Shown here: piece after piece, positions 50,864-64,000 of the stretch
Numbering within the stretch: the first letter of the stretch is position 1
Layout of the letters: the number at the start of each line of letters is the position of its first letter
NCBI RefSeq assembly: GCF_009914755.1
Contig: NC_060948.1
DNA length: 64,000 bases
Source of the DNA: the human T2T-CHM13v2.0 reference genome, Homo sapiens
Direction: 5' to 3' (one strand)
Notes under the pieces: generated by a model
What the model saw: the letters and a program-made list of their open reading frames with translations, nothing else
Told to the model about the DNA's origin: nothing
Database searches by the model: none
Position numbers and translations under genes: made by a program

Positions 50864-51517
50864 AAATGTGTAAATAAGACACAGTCTCTGTATTAACTGT
50901 CCTGAACATCTTTGTAGAAGATATAAATGTTTTCAGCAAACACTTATAGTACAGGAAAAAGGCAATATACCTAATGCATTCAACAACATATGATCCATTA
51001 TTTCCTATTTTCCAGGTGTTTTGCTAAAAGCAGACTTCACTCTCTGCTGCTTCATATTACAACATAATTGAAGGATTTTTTTTCCTTGGCAATGGGAAGG
51101 TCAATGGTTGGGATCAATCAACCATTTGCCAGTATCATATTGAATTCTACTTTATCCTCCAGTTGTTGATGTTAGAGGTGAAAAAAATATTGAGGACCAC
51201 ACACCATACCGATGAGCTAGGTGAATGTGCTACCACAGACCACTGTCCACACGTTCACAATATCTTGGAATTTTCCAATCCTTGCCTCCACCTTTCGCTG
51301 GGTGAGTGATGGGCATAGGTAGCTAGGCTAATGATGGTAAAGATGTGTACCTGCCACAATCACAGGCAGCAAAATGCCTGCCATGCAATGAGCCTGTCTT
51401 TGGGATGATACCCATGGTTGAGAAGCTTCTTCTTCACATTGGCCATTTTACCCATATAAATAGTTTTGCTTGGGGGTACCTGAATTCTACCGTGCCACTG
51501 TCATTTAGGGCTAACAG

Positions 51518-52326
51518 TGAGGCAGCATATTTCCCTGACACCTTCATGAGCAAGAACTGGAGTGCATGGGCGCTGGCATGGGTGATTTCCACTCACTCAC
51601 TTCTCCACCCCTCATGGGAGTGGGAGTACCAGGTGAGGGAGTGCAGGAGCAAGATGGGCAATTTTGCTTGCCAGCAAGAGCAAACTCCATACTGGCCTCA
51701 CAGCAGCCTCTAGGGAAGGGTGCCTGTGACTCCTAAAGCCCCAGCGGAAGTGGTACAGTGCCTTTTTAGCTTTGCCATCTGCAGATGGTTTAAGCATTAA
51801 CAGCTCAGTGGAGGGTCAGTATGACAGTTTTTTGTACCAACACTTGTGGCACCCAAGTTCTTGTCCAGCATCCAAGAGGAATGAGATTGCACTAACAAAT
51901 TGAAGGTGGTAAATGTGAGGGATTTTTTTATTGCTGTTGAAAGTGGCTCTAAGTGTGAAGAGGAGCTGAAAAATGGATGGGGTGTGAAGGTAAGTCAGTC
52001 CAGCTGTTTCTGGCCAGACTCCTTTCGGATACTACACTGTCAAGCGTCCCTCTGCAATCAAGCCACTTTTCTCCAATGTCCAACCATAGTCTCTGACATC
52101 CAGCTGCTTCTCCTGTCTGCCGGCTGAGCCTGGGGTTCCTACAGGCACAGAATGGGGAGGTGGGATGGGCCCTGAGTGCTTTCGGAAAAGGCAACATATG
52201 AGCAGGAAAACAGAGATGTAAGTTCTCACTTCAGGTATGGTTCCAGGTTTTTTGGTTTGAGGGTGGGGTCTTCACCAGGGACCTTTCCTTTTCTGCCCAG
52301 AATTTCCCTGCCTCCTGTTTCTATCA
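51518..52326 (-). mobile_element. ERV1 LTR of the LTR1/LTR27/LTR28 group
   Basis: The minus strand begins TGATAGAAACAGGAGGCAGGGAAATTCTGGGCAGAA...CCCCACCCTCAA...GTGAGAACTTACATC and ends GGGAAATATGCTGCCTCA. No clear TSD. Confidence 0.82.
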
Positions 52327-53230
52327 AGATATGGGAAAGAACTATACTACTTGGATTGTGGTTCTCCAGTAAGTTCTGCACCAGGGATTGGAGTTGATAG
52401 CTGAAAATGTTCAAGATGAGAGAAAGGCTGTCTAGCCTGGGTTGAGCTAAATCATGCAAATTTAGTAAAGCCTTAATCCCCCAGGCTTCAGGCTTCATTC
52501 TTAAGGCTCTGAACCTGATTTGGAAGAAAGGCTCTTCCCTCACCCTGAGGTCATCATTCCCAGAAAGCCTAGGACATTGTGACTGACTGAACCTAACACT
52601 CTAATAATTAGTGACTACCAGTTTGGTCATTCTTGTAGTCTCATTACCCTAAGTTGAAACAAAAGTATCTCAACAATGAAAAGAAGAGGACCTTATTTTC
52701 AGGAACTTAATGGTAAAATAGGAAGGGCCATGAGGACACCACAACATGTACTTCATGGAAGCTTGGAGAAAAGCAGTCTGTATTCTGACTAGTAAAGTCA
52801 ATTGGGATGAGAAGACTTTTGATCAGGTCTCCAAGACGAGGCACAAGTTCAGTAACTAGATTGCGGGAAACAAGGTTTCCAGGAGAAGGTCATATTGAAG
52901 GTCAAAGATACAGGGCATTTTATAGCTTATTCTCCAAAGCTTAAGGTGTATTGTTCATCTGAAACTTAGAATAAATGATAGAAAGTAATGGAATCAAAGC
53001 CTAGTAGGATAATCAGATTATAGCTCTGCTAACGAGTGCAGAGAAAGCATCGCTGGTTAATGGCTGCTATGTATTTATTTTTTTTGGAATCCTTAAGAAT
53101 GAAATGCAGTTCTGTAAGAACATGAAAGGCAGTCTCTCGATGTTGTTTCTATGTATTCTTTCAAACAGCTATAGGAAAAACCAAAACATAAAAATGGTGA
53201 AATGTGACATAGTTTTTGAAAAGGCCTGTA

Positions 53231-53530
53231 GACTGGGCACAGTGGCTGATGCCTGCAATTTCAGCATTTTGGGAGACTGAAGTTGGTGGATTGCTTGAGC
53301 CCAGGAATTTGAGACCAGACTGGGTAACATAGTGTGACCCTGTATCTACAAAAACAAAAAACAAAAAACAAACCTGAGTATGGTGGTACATGACTGTAGT
53401 CACAGATACCCAAGAGGCTGAGGTAGTAGTATCACCAGAGACTGGGAGGTGGAAGCTGCATTGAGCTGTGATTATGCCACTGAACTCCAGTCTTGGTAAC
53501 ATAGTGAGACTCTGTCTCAAAAAAAAAAAA
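53231..53530 (+). mobile_element. AluJ-like
   Basis: Dimer; TSD aaa(a/t)ggcctgta. Confidence 0.92.
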
Positions 53531-54009
53531 AATGGCCTGTAACTAAAATTCACATAAAATTATTGAGGTTTTCGGAGCTTACCTATAACTAGATTTAGTA
53601 AGGAAAAAGAATATCAATATTGGTTTGACAATTTTTGGTGGCATGGACTCTGATAATGTACTTAATGGATAGTTTACTCTTCCTTCAAGAAAATGCCCCA
53701 CATACAGAGAGGAGACACATCACAGGGACTCTAATTACATTAAGGACCCAGGTTAAAAATCTAATTTTATTTTTTAGGATGAGGAAAGTAATTTTGCGGG
53801 GATAGTTCCTTCTGGAATGTGCCCCATTTGCCATAGACAAAAAAAAAGAAAGAGTTGAAGCAAAAAAAATGTGTCTTTCTTGGTGGTGGATCTCAGCAGG
53901 TGGTGGGTCTGGCTACCCAGAAATGATTGTATTCTATGCAGAGTAAGGTCAGCATATGCCAGTGTCCTCTGTGGAACTCATATGTGAAATCCTGTGCTGT
54001 AAGTTTTCA

Positions 54010-54200
54010 TGTGTGTCATCTCCTTTCAATCCCAGTACACTATCTAATATAGTTTCCACCATACTCCCTCTAAGAATGAAGATACCACACTTGAATACTT
54101 CCCTGAAGATCAAAGATCTAGCTGATGGTGGAGATAGGATTCAAACTTTACTATCTACAAGCAGTGTTTTTTTTAACTGGACTGCTTTAACTCATATCCT
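54010..54200 (-). mobile_element. MIR fragment
   Basis: tcatctcctttcaatccc...gatcaaagatctagctgatggtggagataggattcaaac. Confidence 0.55.
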
Positions 54201-56104
54201 CTTCTGATACTTTAAGAAAGCAGTGATAATATTGTACACATAAGCCCAATTAAAGAAGCCCCAATATTAGTGTTGCTCAGAGAAATGAATGGGGTCAACT
54301 CAAATTGTGATGGCTCCAAGTACCAATTTTTCCTTATAAATAAAGAAAATATGTCTTGTTTAACTAGACTGGGAGACTTTTTCAATGTAGCCATGAAATA
54401 CAAAGCAAAAGGTCAAATTTATAGGTAATTCAATAAAAGAAATTTTCTGAGCTAGTATCAGTTGCCTAATATAGAATATAAGAGAAAGATGTACATCACA
54501 TAATTACCTAACAAAACAAGTGTCTTCCTATGCTTGCATTAGGAATTGTGCACTGAAATATTACATAGAAATATTTATCAGTTTCTGATGGCTGTGTGAG
54601 ATGAATCTCCAATGGGGTTTCTCAGTCCATCAAACTCTTGGTTTCTCAGTTTAGCTGTGATTCCTTCTTCATCCAATAAGTGCAGCATACATTTGCAGAA
54701 TGCTGGTTGTTTCAACCAGCTCACACTTTAGAAAATAATACTGCTGGTAAGACAGTGAGTCATATTATCCCCTTAAGTTTGGACCATAGTGAGAATTTCA
54801 ACCAAAATTAATTCAAGAAATAATGATTGCACAGCTACAATGTGCTGAGCTGTGTTCTAGATACTGGGGAATACACAAAGATGGCCAATTACAGATTAAA
54901 TCCTTAAGATGGTTGTAAAGGAGAGAAACCAGGATTAATAAATGCACCCAAATGACTATCATAAAAGCAAACTGATATATCAGTTAGGAGCCAACCAGGA
55001 ACAGAGGGAATTGTACCAAGAGGGAATTGAATAGAGTGGATTGTACCACAGAGAGAACTGAATAGAGGGGACTTGTAACACATGTGCTGTCAATATGGAC
55101 AGAGTGAGGGAACTCAGAAGCTAGTAAGAGTGGAAAGCTGACACCAACCCTATACTGGATCATGAAAATGAGAAGCTGATGTTAATAAGCTCACTGAAGG
55201 CTGCAATGGTGAAGAGGGCAGGATTTTGAGCCATGCATAGAGAAGGTACATTATAAGAGGGGTGAGAAATATTCTGGATTTCCCCTTTTACCCCTCAGCG
55301 AATTTCCTGCTGGTGCATTCTAGCAGGAAGCCTGGTGACATGAATCTTGGAAAATAGTATCTGCATAGCTTAGGATCCCTATGATGCAAAACAGAGTTGG
55401 AGAATGGGGAGGACGGTAATTGGGGTGAGGCACTCCAAGGCATGCAAAGACACGAAGTGATAAACTAATCCAACATTATGGAGATTCAAAGAATCTAGGA
55501 GTTTGGGCAAAATGAGAAAAAGGATTCCAGGATCCTAGATTGTGGAGGGCTTTGTGTACTTGAGGAAGTCAATTTAGAAATATTTAATATATTTTAAGGA
55601 AATTAAAGGCATCTAGAAATATGCTGCATTTTTATCCTTTACTCCCTGCTCAGTAAATAGGACAGCAAACATCTTGTGCATGTATCCTTGGGATAATTTT
55701 CAATCAGAGATATATTTACCATCTGAAGTGTTTATCCACTGCTTGCTTTCCCTGCTTTTGTCTTTAGGCTTAGGCTGTTGTCACATGTTTTTCATCCTGA
55801 TACAGAGAAACAATGAAAACAAAGATAAAGTAGACAAATGAGCTTCCCAATTGGTTTTACTGACTTTTATTTGAGCCTTCTCTCTGAAGATCTCCAGTTA
55901 TTTAGGCACTAGGCTGAATCTGCATCATGGCATTTTGGTCTCTATAATTTTTCCACCTGGGAGAGATCTATTTCAAGTAACAATCACAATAATCTGGCTT
56001 GGTTTTGTGTTTAATTTTTCCTATCTGGACAACCCAGAAGGTTTTGGATGATTTCCATCAAGTGGAAAACTTCTCAAGAAGAAAAGCATGTCTGAACTCT
56101 GGAT

Positions 56105-56310
56105 CAGGGTTGGCAAACTTTCTCTGCAAAGGGCTGGGTAGCAAATATTTTTGGTTTTCTGGGAGAGACAATGTCTGCCACAACTACTGCACTATGCTGT
56201 TGTAGTATGAACGTGCCATAAATGATGCATAAACAATTGGACCTGGCTGTGTCCCAATAAAACTTTATTTACAAAAAAGCAGGTGGAGGGCCACAGTTTG
56301 ACCACAACTG
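56105..56310 (+). mobile_element. MER58A (hAT-Charlie)
   Basis: cagggttggcaaacttt...ccaataaaactttatttacaaaaaagcagg...cacagtttgaccacaactg; 8-bp TSD ctct(g/a)gat. Confidence 0.9.
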
Positions 56311-56525
56311 CTCTAGATTCTAGATGTTATTCATGAAATGCACATATACGGTATATCTATCTGCAAATATCCATGGTCAAACTTCTTTCTAATAAAAAGG
56401 TTTTGTGTTCTTTTGTTGTTGTTATTGTTGTTGTTGGCTGTGGATAAAATCAATAGTGTGAAAAAAAGATATTTTCCCTGGCAACCCTTTAAAGTTAAAA
56501 TTCAAATGGGCCATCCTTTAGTTGA

Positions 56526-56845
<320 letters not shown>

Positions 56846-57065
56846 TTTTTATTCTTTATTTTAAAGAAATACAATTTATTATGACACTAGTATGTAATAA
56901 TAATGGATATTACTATGCCCACATTACAAATTGAAAAGCTAAGGCTCAGAGGAAATAAGTGATTCACTTTAAGTTAAAGACCCACTGTTATTAAGGGAAG
57001 GAATTTAAAGAGACTGAGATCCATGGACCAAATGTTTCAAAATCTACTACAAAAATACTATTAAG

Positions 57066-57404
57066 TGTTGGGCACAGTGGCACTTGCCTGGAATGACAGA
57101 AGTTGGGAGGCATAGGCACCAGGATCACTTGAGTCCAGTAGTTTGAGACCAGCCTGGGCAACATAATGAGAACTGGTCTCTACAAAAAGAAATCATAAAT
57201 TAGCTGTGTATGATGGTAAGTACCTGCAGTTCCAGCTACTCGAGAGGCTGAGGCAGGAGGATCGCTTGAGCCCAGAAAGTTGAGGCTGTGTTGAGCTACA
57301 ATATGATCATGCCAGTGCACTCCAGCTTGGGGAACAGAGCAAGACCCTGTGTAAAAGTAAATAAATAAATAAACAAATAAATAAATAAATAAATAAATAA
57401 ATAA
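57066..57404 (+). mobile_element. AluJ-like with a (TAAA)n tail
   Basis: gggaggatcgcttgagcccag...cactccagcttgggg followed by ~11 TAAA units. Confidence 0.9.
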
Positions 57405-58581
57405 GTCTACATTTTTTGTGAAGCATATTATGCATTTGATGCATTTGGTAAGAAAAGCAACTTATTTATTTACTTATTATTAGTCTTTTGAAATGCAGTC
57501 TCAGTCTGAGGTACTGAGCCCAGAAAAGAAAAGCAATGTAAAATGCCCTTATTGAATTTAAAAGAATAATGAAAGAGTATAGTGAAGCAGATGTCGTTCT
57601 ATTTACAAGAGTGATAGATAATGAGACTCTCTCCTTTCCATTTGTCCTTTCCTCTCAGTCAGGTTTGCTATCATGGAGGCTGCCCTTAACATAAACAGCA
57701 GGGCCCCAAATGCCAAGAAGGATACCTAGGAAAGTGATCATTCATGCAGTGTCCACTTTGGAAGAAATTTAGTAGACACTTGAACTCCGGCAGTGCCGCT
57801 TTGATACCCCATCGGTGCCAACTCAATTACCTGCTGTTTCTGCAGAGGAGGTATTTGTTCAGAAATGCTGGTGGGGTAAGCTGTGCTTCCAGATCCAATA
57901 CTCAATTCAATGAGCTGAAATTAACTGCCTCTCTGCAGCTAGAGAAAAAACAAGCCTCCCTTGCCATTTCCACAATGGTAAAGCAAATTAATTTATTTGC
58001 ACACACTCTGGAGAACCTCAGATTTTCTCTACAACCCCAGGAATTCCTTGGCACAAAAGAAAGATTCCTTCCCATCTCTTGACTAGCTTTTGCCCAAAAG
58101 AGAAATGTAACCTATGGGGAAATGGTGGGTGGATACAGGGTTTATCTAGGGAAGAGACTGAAACAGGAATCATCTCAAGCATTGTAAGAATTACTGAGTA
58201 ACTTGAGGTCTGGCTATGGAAGAAGAGAGATGATATATTTTTGGCTTCAAATGATTTAAGAGTTTCTTTAAAGGAAATTGTCAAAATTTCCTTTATTTTG
58301 TATTGTATATTGTAAATGCTCTAATCTGTTCTTCTATAAGAACCTGGGTATCACAAATGATAAATGAGATGGCAGATTGGCATTTCATTTTATGCAATTT
58401 GAAAATTGATGAGTCATAATTTACTGGGTTGATGTTTAATCAATTCTTAAAATCAATTGTTGCAACAATGTGTAATTATTGAGTTCCTTCTAGCTACATA
58501 GCATTTTAAGGTGCAATTTATACACTTAAAGAGGTGGAACAAGAACAATATTCCGTACACAATAGTTTCTTTACAAATATC

Positions 58582-58686
58582 TGTATCTGTTACAGATACA
58601 GACTTGTATCTGTAACAGATACAGACTTGTATCTGTAACAGATACAGACTTGTATCTGTAACAGATACAGACTTGTATCTGTAACA
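58582..58686. repeat. Palindromic 23-bp minisatellite, 4 perfect copies
   Basis: (ACAGATACAGACTTGTATCTGTA)x4 at 58592-58683; ACAGATACA and TGTATCTGT are reverse complements. Confidence 0.97.
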
Positions 58687-58691
58687 ATCTT

Positions 58692-59023
<332 letters not shown>

Positions 59024-60719
59024 TAGAGTAACCCACTTTTTTACTTTTGTACAAAACCATTCCCTATTAATACCATGAAGAAAACAAAAGCCATGTTGTA
59101 AACTCTAAACCTTAGAATCCACAGATGAAAACTTTTTATTTCAGATAGTGGAGTAGACTGTTTGATGACAAAGTCTTAGCGAGACACATATGGAGCCTGA
59201 AATTAAAAAAAAAAAAAATCAGTATGAATCCATTGAAACACTTCCAAAGTGGAAACTAATTTTGGAATTTAAAGGCTTAGAGAAAGAAAAAGAAGTTATT
59301 TTCCCAAGAGCAAAATATGGGTTTTTGCCTTAGGACAATTCTAACTTAGAATGATAACTTCATCTTCCATCAGCACCTTGTTATAGTTGATGTAAGATGA
59401 AGACTTATGGTTTAGAGATCAAACACAAATTCTAATCTTGCAACTTAAAAAAAATGATGCTCTTTATGAAAACATAAATGTACTGAAAACTGCTTTGGCT
59501 ATTCAATTCTTAAATGAAGGTGACCTCCAACAAGGAATAAGAAATACCAGTACCACAGGTACATTAGAAAATCTAGTTAAGCAGAAAAATGAATTGAAGA
59601 CATCATAGCCTGAAGAATAGGTAAGGTTTAATAAGGATAGTTGAGCCTGTGGTGGTCAACCTTTCTATATTTTTATTGGGAGGAAATCATAAAGGAAAAA
59701 AGAAGACTTAAAGCATTACATGCTCCAGGTTGTGGCACTAGAAAAAGCTTTAGAAATAATATATTTTCTTTTAAAATAATTCAGCCAATGCTATCTTCTG
59801 TCTAGAGGATATTTTAATGTGTGACTTAAATAATGCTTAGTGAACTCTCTGGGTCAAGAATTGGTCATGGAAATAAATACACAATGATAAGTATTTAGAA
59901 GGAATAAATCACTGCATACACATTTTTATAAGTTTAAATTTGAAGGAATTTTGGCATTTTTAGTATGCATTTAGGGGTATGTCTAGACCAAATGCATATG
60001 AGACACGTCTATTTTTCCCTCAAATATGGAAACACCAAGATATGGAATTTGTCCTTGTAATTATTTAAATTTAACATAGCCACTTTAGTAATAAAGCTGC
60101 AATATAGATTGTTGGCAAAAAATACTTTATTTAGCTGCTACATAGTTAGGTTTCCTGAGGCTGGAGGCTGCCTTTCTTTACTATGTGAACATTGTGAATG
60201 AACCACAGGATTTTGCATGTCTAATGTTTGAGTTTTTGATGAATTTGTGACATGTTATTGTTTATTTTTTATGAAATCCTTACAGCAATCTTCAAAAAAA
60301 GGTGCCTGGATTTCAGGTTGATCTAAAAGTACAGTTCAGTTCTGCCTTACATTTTGAGTTTTGGAAACTTCTTAGAGATGTGTCCAGGTGACATTTAGGT
60401 CTTAAAAGAAATCACAGCAAATTGGGGCAGTGAGAGTCACCTGGAGACCTTGAGATTTCTAATACTGAGCAACAAGTTGAGTGTATCTTTAGATTACAAC
60501 AACTACATCCATGTTCTTTTTTTTCTCTATAGATTTTGATGAGAAAATATTGAAACCTGTTTCAGAGTCTGTCAATTTTTTACCTAGACTCGGTCAATGT
60601 GTTATTTAATAAAATTATTCTGGTATTTCTTTTCTTTTCTTTTTTATGCATGACATGAACATTTTTAAAAGTAATTGTATCAGAACCTAAATTCTCCAGC
60701 ATCTTTTTTCAATATCAGC

Positions 60720-60935
60720 CATATACATACATAGGTATGTATACACACACATATAAACACATATACACATGTTTATATGCAAATATGTATATACACATAC
60801 AAACATAAATATATGTACACACATGAATAAACATGTATGTACAGATGTGTATACACACATATATAGACATGTATACATATATACACATGTATGCACACAT
60901 ATATACACATGTGCCAACACATATGTATTACAACA
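60720..60935. repeat. (CA/TA)-rich alternating purine-pyrimidine tract
   Basis: Degenerate atatacacacatatgt-type repeats. Confidence 0.9.
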
Positions 60936-60999
60936 TATCTTAAATGAAAGAGAATCCTTTAGAACAAATGCAGAAATGAACATTATTTGACTCCACATG

Positions 61000-61830
61000 T
61001 GATTTACTCTAGATACCTAAGTTGTGGTCTTACCAAAGAGCTTCACCTGAATGTAATCATGAGGAAGCAATAAGGCAAATACTGAATAGAATACAAATCG
61101 CAATAAGGCAAATAATGAAAAGAATACAAATCCAGTATTTTATGAAACAACTAGCCTGGACTGTTAAAAATGTCAATACTGTGAGATGATGAACCAGAAA
61201 CTTGGAGGGCCAATTCTAGATTAAAAGAGTTTTGTTTTTTTTTTAATCAAAAACAAAAGCCTATTGCAATAAATACCAAGCATGATCATTAATTGATGCC
61301 TGAATTTAAATATACAGAAAAGAGATTTTTGTGACAACAGACACTTTTGAATATAGAATGTTACAATAGATAATACCATTGTATGAATCTTAAATATCTT
61401 CAGTGTAATATTTATAGTACAGTTACATAGACTTATGTCTCCGTTCTTAGGAGATACATACTAAAGCATCAGTAAAGTGTCATCAACTTCAAGTAATTCA
61501 GAAGGTTGTGACTATATATATTATAAATATATATAGTATTATATATATTATAAATATTATATACTATATATTATATATAGTATATAAATATAAATGTATT
61601 ATATTTATATGTTCTGTATTATTTGCATATGAATTATATATGTATTTGTTGATACATATATAATATCAAATACAGACTGCATAAGCAAAAATAGTAGAGA
61701 GAGAGCAAATGTGAGAAAATGGTAAAATAATAATTAGTAAATCTTAATGAAAGGTATAGAAGTATTTATTGAATTATTATTTCAACTTTTCTGTAGATTT
61801 GACACTTTTCAAAATAAAAACAAGGAAAGG
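61000..61830 (+). mobile_element. Old L1M(E)-like 3' fragment with an internal (TA)n tract at ~61513-61610
   Basis: tgtaatcatgaggaagcaa...gttcttaggagatacatactaaag...tttcaacttttctgtagatttga...ttttcaaaataaaaa. Confidence 0.6.
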
Positions 61831-62454
61831 GGATCAAACGCAAATCCACTCTCAAAGAGCTATGGAATAGTGGAAACTTATGAGTACTTCCTATAGTACC
61901 GCTTCCCTGCCTAGCTATACCCTACGATTTTGTTGCACCATATTGTCTATATATTATAATACAATTCTCATTGTTTTCAGACATAGCAACTGATTTTTTT
62001 TTTAATCCTCAATAATGATTTTTTTTTTCTAGTCTCCGACAGTGGCTTTCATTCTGGGAAATAACCAAATAACTCAAAGCCAACCATGGTGAATATGGTG
62101 AGTTATCAAAATGGCAGCATGACACAGTAGGAAGCGAATAGAAAGAGAGTTGGAAAATTTGACAAACACTGTGGGCTCAGTAGTAGCTCAGAGATTCATG
62201 TTCATGGGACAGGGAGCAGGTAAGCAAATCTCCCTGCCTAAGTTTTCTTATGTGCCTGTTCATGAGCTAACACAACACATGTGAAGGTGCTATGCATTAG
62301 TGAAGGTCAACACAAATGATGGGACTTACAAATGTGATACAGGAACCTAACATAACAAACACCAGCAAACAGGGAAGTACTGTCATTGTTAAAATTCAGG
62401 TATTCTTGAAGCAAGAAGGTGGGTGGTTTTTGGTATGTCATGTTTTCTTTTTAT

Positions 62455-62692
62455 TTTTTCATTTGAATTTTCTAATTGACAAATTTATGAAGTCCATAGT
62501 GATGTTTCCATAAGTGTAATATATAGCGATAAGATCAACATCATTAACATAATCAGCTTCCCAAATATTTATCATTTCATTGTGTTGGAAATGTTCAATA
62601 TTCTTGATCCACCTATTTGAAATGATATTGTATATTATCATTAACTACAGTCATCCTACAATCGTGTAGAACAAAAGAAGTTATTCCTCCTC
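62455..62692 (-). mobile_element. L1MA-like 3' fragment
   Basis: taattgacaaattt...tttatcatttcattgtgttggaaatgttcaa...ttaactacagtcatcctaca. Confidence 0.7.
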
Positions 62693-63406
62693 AGGAACTT
62701 CAAAAATAGTTGAGACACAACATTCACAAATAACACTTGGATGCATAGTTTGGGTCCATTCGTTTAAAAGTGCTGCATTAAGAAATACAGCATGCATTTA
62801 TGTAGATTATATTTGTATGTACATAAGCACTCATGTATACAGAAATTAAAGTGTCAAGTGATTTCTTAGAAGTTGCTAAAATGTGGGAAGCTCATGAAGT
62901 GGAATGAAATTAAATAAGAGCAAACAGTAATTCATTATATCTGGAATAAATGACAAATATTAATTCATTATATGTGGAATAAATGTGCAATTTTCAGTGG
63001 ATAAGTTTGGACAGATGATGGCGTGTTCAACAGAAAACCAATACAAGGAAAAGATTTTGAGATTTGGCAGGCTAAACAAGTAAGAATCCTGCAGAAAAGG
63101 TCACCCTTTAGGTAATACTATATTGTTTCTATTATTTAATGAGTTGCTTCTCAAGGATTATTTTTTCCTGTAATCGTCCTTCATACTTCTATGTTTGAGT
63201 CACAGGAATCTTATCAATTAACTTTTTTTTTTTTTTTTTTTTACTAGGAGAAGGAGGAAAAATTTGGCCACATTTTTTCTGACTTCAAGTTTATTTTCTT
63301 CTTGTAAAATCATCATTCCACTTTTGCCTGATGGCCACCAATATCTATGAAATAGTAGCAGCATATTTTACTACCTTTCCTTTTCTGTAATTTTTTTTTC
63401 ACCTAG

Positions 63407-63813
<407 letters not shown>

Positions 63814-64000
63814 CTGATTCTGTTTTAACTGCCCATCTCCAAAGAGTTCAGTTGTTCCCATGTGATGTTACCTTTATTTAGTAAGAACACATGCACCAGT
63901 TATGAAAAGATGACCAATGGAAATCTGACCTCATACTCTGTAGCATGCAAGCCCTTCATCCCTCACACCCTTCTGAGTTCACTTGGGTATTGCCTATTGG

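Noticed and set aside
51345-51713. 122-aa ORF with a CxxC motif
   Set aside because: Its second half lies inside an antisense LTR, it has a non-ATG start, and I recognise no homology.
58582-58686. CRISPR-like array of palindromic repeats
   Set aside because: The units are head-to-tail with no unique spacers, there are no cas genes, and the context is primate DNA.
60687-60998. Cys/Tyr/His-rich ORFs
   Set aside because: They are translations of a degenerate CA/TA repeat.

Overview
This is primate (hominoid, most likely human) nuclear DNA: AT-rich, dense in transposable elements, and with no intact protein-coding gene. Nearly all long ORFs in the track are L1, Alu, LTR or low-complexity artefacts. 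The window opens with an ERV9-type gag remnant joined directly to a HERV-H env tail and an LTR7. Next is a MER20 interrupted by an LTR5 (HERV-K) and a MER41B. The rest contains a 5'-truncated L1PA3/4 (minus), a full-length L1PA7/8 (plus), a solo LTR7, an LTR1/27/28-type LTR, MaLR LTRs, DNA-transposon fossils and about 19 Alus. The main non-repeat observation is a heavily decayed DNAJC14 (Jiv)-like gene relic on the minus strand at ~5980-8830. Its N-terminal/TM, J-domain and Jiv90-like motifs are collinear with DNAJC14. It lacks the introns I recall for the DNAJC14 J/Jiv90 region but appears to carry its own GT-AG intron(s). Other oddities are a palindromic 23-bp minisatellite, a 49-bp inverted repeat around an AT-rich core, a probable short L1 3' transduction and several templated-insertion scars. 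All family, subfamily and homology calls were made by eye against remembered consensus or protein sequences and need RepeatMasker/BLAST confirmation. Boundaries of old repeats are approximate.
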